From Camelus dromedarius (lineage: Eukaryota): a stretch of DNA of 64,000 nt. A program made the position numbers and the translations under genes. Of the stretch, positions 57,075 through 64,000 are shown in pieces (the stretch's first letter is position 1; each line of letters begins with the position of its first letter). The stretch lies in NCBI RefSeq assembly GCF_036321535.1, contig NC_087436.1:121336001-121400000 (forward strand). The letters are read 5' to 3'. The notes under the pieces are model-generated. The model searched no databases. It saw only the letters and a program-made list of their open reading frames with translations, and was not told the origin of the DNA.

Positions 57075-57939
57075 TTAGACACTTCCTTTTAAAACAGAAG
57101 ATAATCAACATAAACAGCATAAAACTCCTCATGGTGCAAAGCCGAGAGCGCGCGTGAGAAACGGGGGCGTGCAGGGTGGGGGGCACGGGCCGAGCTGCAG
57201 GTCCCGCCCCCGGCTGGGCGGCCCGGACGGTCGGCAGGCTCTGCGCGCGGGGCGGGCGCCCAGGGCGCTGGGAGCCCAGCGGTGCAGCCCTGGCCTCTCC
57301 AAGCGCCGCTTCGCTCACGGCTGCAGACGCTGAGACGCAGAGGAGGAAGAGCGACTTGCCTCCAACCGCACAGTCAAGGTGTCGCACGGTGAGAGCAAGA
57401 CACTGGGTCTCTCGGCCAGTGAGGCCCTCGGGACACGCCCTCCTGCCCTGCTTCCCTGCTAGTAAGTAGTCAGAAACTGAAGAACTTTAATTTTCAATAA
57501 TCACATACCTACAACTGGCAGAGCAGGAAGGATTAAAACCTCACCGTCTGAGAGGAAAAGCTGCAGTTAACGCAAGTGAAGTGCGTAACAGTCGCCTTCA
57601 CTGAAGAAAACCACACCGAAAACTGTCTTCTCTAAGAAAAACCCGTGTTCTATCAAGCGAGATTTCACTTAGCAAACACCTACAACGAAATGCTTTGCAA
57701 CGTGAAATGAAAACAGACAACGTGGGATTATCAGATGCAGAACTACTTCTAGACAAGGCTTGAGATACTTGATCGTTTTTAAGAGAAATAAAACCCCACA
57801 GCATGTTAATCAGGTTTCCATTAAAACCAATGCCTAGCAACAACCCCGAACAATCCTTTAAGCTAATGTTCATGTTAACCTGAAGTTACACACAATCACA
57901 TCGCAAAGACAGGAACTCTAAGATAGAAAACGCTGTTAC

Positions 57940-57995
57940 CGAAACTGGCCAACTTCAATGTACTCAAACTGCTTCAGCACAAATCCAATGAACAC
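57940..57995 (-). CDS. HTT: HTT exon 34 (VFIGFVLKQFEYIEVGQFR)
   Basis: 56 nt, AG/GT boundaries, peptide match. Confidence 0.95.
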
Positions 57996-59385
57996 CTACA
58001 AGCAGGGAAATAAAAATTTCATGTCAATTTAATGTGCAAACTAGGTTACTTTCCTTCACACTCACTTGCGTAAATCTTTAACAAGTTTGCCAACAGTAGG
58101 TTAATTTGTCTGTGTACAAGAACTCAAACGCATCCTACTGTCAGACTGGGTAACTTCAAGACGCTTTCAGGAATCCCTTCAAACACATGTACTCAACATG
58201 GAGGTGGAACCTCTTTGGAAACAATAAATTCCAGGAGATACCAGGGAGCACCCAAGACACACAGCAGGACTAGCTGGTTTCCGTTCATGGCAAACCAAAT
58301 GGCAGGAATTTCCAGGCACCGGTTTACAGATAAGATGCCCAAGTCAGCCCATCTCCTCCCTCCCACCACCCCAGGATCTGAAGGAGCGGGAATCGAGGGG
58401 GTGATGAGGGTGAGGGGTGGCCGCGAGGAGCAGAGGCAGGACGTTAGGCCTGGATCAGGGCCAGCTGTGCCCCAAGCACCAGGAGCATGGGACTTGCTCC
58501 GCATGCTCTCCCAGCCCCTGGGCGAGACACACACAGCAGTGCTCAGTAAGTCACCATCTGGCCCGAGTGAAACCACTTCCCTTCCAGTTTTCCCTCCCAG
58601 CTGTTCAAAAAACTGTCACTGTACTGAATCTGGGAACCAGGGAGAAGGGGTGCTGAGTGATAAACGCAAATCACAACTAACGTGAGTGAGGCTCGAGTGC
58701 TCATGGCAAGAAAACCTGACACTGCCAGAAAAGAGGTCACGGAGGCCTTGGGGGCGAGCTGCAGGCTTCTGTGCACCTGCAGAGAGCGGAGGGGCGTGGG
58801 GCATGCTGCACCTCCTCTCTCCACACCCACATCTGATGACCTAAAGGCCACTGTATCTGCAGGGAATTTAGCCGGCCTGAATCCTGCTGTAGGAGAATTT
58901 GCATCACGAAGTTGACACGACTTCCAGAGTCACCTGTGCCTGAGGAAGGGGTAGCAGCTGAGGTCCACCAGCGCTCAGGCCGACCCAGACACAGCCACCA
59001 GGGACTGCAGGAGCACGCGTAAGGGCTGCCCTGGGAGGCCACGCTCCTGTCAAGGCTGGGAGCTACTTCCAGACTGTCTGAGACGGAGCATCACAGCTGC
59101 TCGTCAGTTTAAAATAAGACTCTGGGTTCTGCAAAGTGTCCCCCCAAACAATAAATCTCAGTTACATCCTACAATTTAAATTCAAGTTTATCTTGGAGTG
59201 GGGGAGGGTGAGTGGATGGGAAGAACCTTTGGCAGATGGGGAGTGGCTGACCCTGGACGGGGCAAGCTTGGGCCAAGGGCACCAGCGCTGGCCAAGGACT
59301 GGACAGGCCGGGCCCTCTGCATCCACGAGCACATGAGGCAGGAGGGAGGCAGCGACAGCGGGAAAACAAACCGCACACTTCTTTA

Positions 59386-59664
<279 letters not shown>

Positions 59665-59727
59665 TCACCGCAGCGGGCTAGGAGCCGCGCCCCGGGACTG
59701 CGCCCGTGTGCGGCTGCCGGCCCCCAC

Positions 59728-59806
59728 CTTGTCTGCACGGTGCTTCGTGACGCCGCTGAGGTTTGTCTTCAGCTGGGTAGACACCTTCTGGAGCACGTCA
59801 AACCAC
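59728..59806 (-). CDS. HTT: HTT exon 32 ([13 protein letters not shown]...HRADK)
   Basis: 79 nt, AG/GT boundaries, peptide match. Confidence 0.96.
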
Positions 59807-61089
59807 CTGCCAGACAGGAGAAAAGGTGGGCAGAGAATCCCCTTAGTCCTCTCCTGGGCGCTCAGCTGCCCTCCAGGCCACACTGATTCCCACTCACAAA
59901 AGCAGAGCGCTTCAAAGTCAGAAAGACCTTTACAGCCACTCCACGCGGCAGCACCAGACTCCTCTTTGAATGAAGATAATCAGTCGAAACAGAGTTTACA
60001 GCTGACTGACAGCCATCAAATCCTGTCGCCCGAAGCAGGCCACCGCAGACAGAGCTTTCCTCTGCCACAGAAATTCACTGCTCGGCCCAGTCTGCGGTGG
60101 GGCTGAGAGGCGACGGTCACTTGAAAGATTCAGTGACTTAGAAGACATCACTTGATTTTCTTGGGAAAAACTTTCTTTAAATATTTACATCAATTATACA
60201 CGCCCTTTCCTTTTTGTGAAACATATACAGAATTAAATGACAATAATCAGACACTTGTTTTATTTATACCCCACATTATTAGACAAGGTATTTAAAGAGC
60301 CTTATTTCTGAAACTTGGAGAAACAGTAAGTAGGTCACCAATGTAAAGCCCAAAACATGGGGCATTTTCCTAAAATGCTGTAGCATTTTAACCGTAGCTG
60401 TTTTTATCACTACATCTATGTAAAGAAACACAAGGAATTCCATTGTCACTACAGAGCAGGAACTCAAGTATCTGCGAATAATTCATAGCAATTTAAGAAA
60501 CAACTACTGTAATTCCGGGCCTCATAAACACAACCATAAATTTAAGTGAAGAGACTTTCACCCACAAAGTTACAAAACAGAGCACTACCACCCAGGATTC
60601 TTCTATGCTCCCCAAATACCCTGACGCACTGGCACCACTGGGTCACCTCAGCTACCAGCCCCAAAAGTGCCACCAACACACAGCGTCCCGCTCTAAAGGG
60701 AGAGTCATTCACGAGCCCGGTTATCTCGCCGTGCCTGGCCACCTGAGGACTCTGCGTGGCCCCTTCTGGTTCGCTGGCACCGTCGGGCGGGGGCCCTCGC
60801 AGCCCCCAGGGAGCTGCTCTGTGCTCCTCTTCCTCCAGCCCAGCCTCTCTGAGACAGCAAAAGCCCCAGACCTCGTCTCACTCCCTGGACTGCCCACTTC
60901 TCTGAAGGCAGGGGCCATGCCTTCAGCATCTTTGCAGCAATCATGCTTCCCAGAGCTCTCCGAACACAAAAGACCATTAGAAGGTGCTGGCTAACTTATT
61001 TTTGACAAATTATTCACTGCTTGCCCTTTCACGCTTCTACTAAAGATACATCCTGACCCCACTGCTGCGGCCAGAACAGTGGGCGGTTA

Positions 61090-61314
<225 letters not shown>

Positions 61315-61698
61315 CTAGAGGGAAAGAATTGAAACCATCAACACTGGACTTCACGTAGCACGAGCAACACTTTAAGACACCCGCCCCCCCAAATCTCAAA
61401 TCCACCTGTAAGCAACTGGCTACAATCAGCAAACCCAGGTTATGGGGGGCACTGCAGGGACACTGGGACAGCAGGTAAGTAGTGAGGGTCCAGCTTCTCA
61501 TGTCCTCTGCCCTCCACGGCGTCGGCCTCCCCTCCGGGAGAGGGAGGGCGGGAGTAGGACCCCTCTTGGTCCAGTAACGCAGAGAGCAAAGGAGTGATGC
61601 GTGGGGCTGCCAGGCGTGCCACCGGCACCACCTCACAGTGACAGGCAGCACTGCATCACCGCACCCAGTGAAGGGCTTCAGACACACCACCTTCTCAC

Positions 61699-61776
61699 CT
61701 GCTGGACACACACAGTCGCCATCGTCGGCTCCCGACTGAAGCAGGACTTTAGGTACCCGAGGATCTCCTCAACACA
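61699..61776 (-). CDS. HTT: HTT exon 30 ([26 protein letters not shown])
   Basis: 78 nt, AG/GT boundaries, peptide match. Confidence 0.96.
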
Positions 61777-62222
61777 CTGTGGAAAGACAGGCGGGAGAGG
61801 TTCAAGTGAGTGACTCACGGGTGACATACTGCTGCTGGGAGCCCGGACATGAGACCAAAGACATGAGACGGTGCCCGTGGAAACCACGCCCAGTAGCAAG
61901 GTCGAGGGGACTCAGAGGCAGCTCTTCACCTTCCATCGTGAGAAGAGACAGTCAGTGAAAACCACTGACGTCTAAGTGGCTGTATCTCACTCTTCCTTTC
62001 ATGCATCAGATACCCGCTCGCTCGTTCAGACACCACCCAAGTGCCCACTGCCCCCGGCACCCAGAGCCACCCTGGGAGCAGGATGCTGAGCACAGAGGCG
62101 GCAAAGGCCGTGCGTCTGCAAGCCCCCGCACACATCCAGCTGCGTGTGGCATGTCAAGCGTGATTTATTACAAGAAGTCTTACAAGTGCCCTGCAGCAGT
62201 CTGCAAAAACAGCCAAGATTCG

Positions 62223-62360
62223 GGGGGAGGGTACAGCTGAGTGGCAGAGCCCGCCCCCAGCATGCACGAGCTCCTAGGTTCAATCCCCAGTACCTCCGTC
62301 AAAACAAATCAACGCCTAATGACCTCTCCCCAAAAGACAGAAGTAACCAAACAAAACAAC
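62223..62360 (+). mobile_element. tRNA-derived SINE, camelid vic-1-like
   Basis: ggggagggtacagctgagtggcagagc...agcatgcacgag...ggttcaatccccagtacctcc with A/B boxes and an A-rich tail. Confidence 0.8.
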
Positions 62361-64000
62361 CGAGACGACTGGCTTCAAATGACTTTCCTCCCAGACTGTC
62401 CGCTGTCCTCAGAAACGAGGTCCTCTTGAAGAACTGAGAAGGACGGAGTCACAGAGACACAAACCAGTCAGGGCACTAGCGTCAAAGGCACACTGGCCCC
62501 TCACTGCCACCTGGTCACCACCACTGCTTCCACCACACAAATTAGACTGGAGACGCCTCTCACTTCATTTGTTTGGTATAACTTCCTGCACTCAAAAGTA
62601 ACAGACTTCTGCTGGTTTCAAATACTCCCGGCCAAATATTTTTAATACCCTGGTTTACTCCAAACAGACCCGGCCAACCTCTGCAGGGCTGAGCCTCGCA
62701 CGCCCCCGGCTCACAGCAGGTGTCCGATGGGCTAGGAAGGGAAGAAGTAGGGCTAGGCCCTTGCACACCACACCCAGGCTCCGAGGAGCCGTCTCTGCTA
62801 ATAACCGTGCACAGGGCGCTCGGTGCGCCCCAGAGACTGCGCTGGGCGCTGAAAACGGGGAGGAAAGGTTGCTGTTAGCAGCCTCCTGAGTGTCCAGAGT
62901 AACACGGAAGCGTGTCCCCAGCACAAGTATTAATACACAATGTAACAGAGAGGCCTCCTTTTCTGGCCGATATGGGGCAAGAGGGACCAGATCTACCCTA
63001 CACCCAGACAACCAAAAACACCCACACAACATACGAAACCACGGTTCCAAGACCCTGAACAGAAGGCACTGAAGGACAGCGACCCCGGAGAGGAGGGAGC
63101 GGAGCCCAGGGAGCCCCACAGCTGCCCGGCCCCCTGCCCTCAGAGAGCCTCCATGTCGCAGGAAGAGGGGCAGAGCAGAGCCCCGGGGACCCCAGGGCGA
63201 GGAGCCGAGAGCTGGGGACACGGAAATAATGAGAGTTCACAGGACAAGGACTCTGGAGACCCGGGGAGACCTTGAGTGTTCAACAGGGAACCAAGCAACA
63301 TGTGTGCAGGGAAACCGCCCAAGGCCGGGGGACTCATCAGAAGCGATCGGGGGAGCAGCGCCCAGTGCTCCCACGGGGCTGGGGACGGCGGCCGGTCCCC
63401 CGGCCGGGCAGGGCACGCGGTAACCTGAGCCCAGGAAGGCCTCGCCTCGCTGGGGAGTAATCGGCCCTAGACTAAGCACGGCTCCAACCCACTCAACTCA
63501 CGTGCGGGAACCTGCAAGGACGGCCGGGGAGAAACGTGAGGTGACGTGTGTAACGATTACCATGAGGTAAGCTTCACGCGTGTCAAAAAGAGATTCAGAA
63601 AAACGAAAACAAACAAACTTCATTAGTATCCACTTAAAGGAGACGAGTTTAACGCAGGCTGTCGGTGACTCACGGCAGGTGGATACACACACAGCCAAGC
63701 AAACGGGCGGAGCGTGAACCGCGGGACGTGGGTCGTGGACACACGGACGGGCGCACACCACGCCAAACGCTCGGCCACCTCCGTGTAAGTCAGGTGGGGG
63801 GGGGGGACTTGGAGCCAAAGGACACAAGCCTCAAGCACAGCTCTGCCATCTCCCAAGGTCCCAAAGGAGCCAGCCACACCCCCTAGACTGCTCTGAGCTC
63901 TCCAGGTGCGAAGGTCCAGTAAGATGAAGGACTCTGTCAGCAGGTTTCTAAACCCACCAATTTTTAAATTTCACTGGGTCTGAGCTGATATACAGAAAAC

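Noticed and set aside
62223..62300. Possible tRNA-Ala gene
   Set aside because: Degenerate stems, no T-run terminator, and a SINE-type tail follows

Overview
GC-rich mammalian genomic DNA, most likely from a camelid (a vic-1-like tRNA-derived SINE and camelid-type L1 3' ends are present). The minus strand carries the 3' 60% of the huntingtin gene (HTT). I mapped 38 coding exons by hand, equivalent to human exons 30-67. All have GT-AG boundaries and consistent phases, and together they give 5556 nt (1851 aa plus TGA at 8934-8936). A ~3.8 kb 3' UTR follows, with a proximal AGTAAA and a distal ATTAAA poly(A) signal. The start of the downstream gene MSANTD1 lies at the left edge, with an RFX X-box just upstream. 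Introns contain L1, L2, MIR, MER2-like, MER5A and SINE relics plus microsatellites. I found no new multi-gene system. The best second-look items are: (1) a U12-type last intron containing a perfect U2 donor; (2) a donor-less counterpart of the drug-inducible human intron-49 pseudoexon; (3) two colinear L1 halves separated by exon 41; (4) AT-to-GC remodelling of old repeats and of the protein; (5) a perfected 16-bp hairpin in a MIR; (6) L1 insertions with target-site duplications (TSDs); (7) a C-terminal Cys-to-His change. Exon numbers and all comparisons with human sequences or repeat consensi come from memory and need alignment checks.
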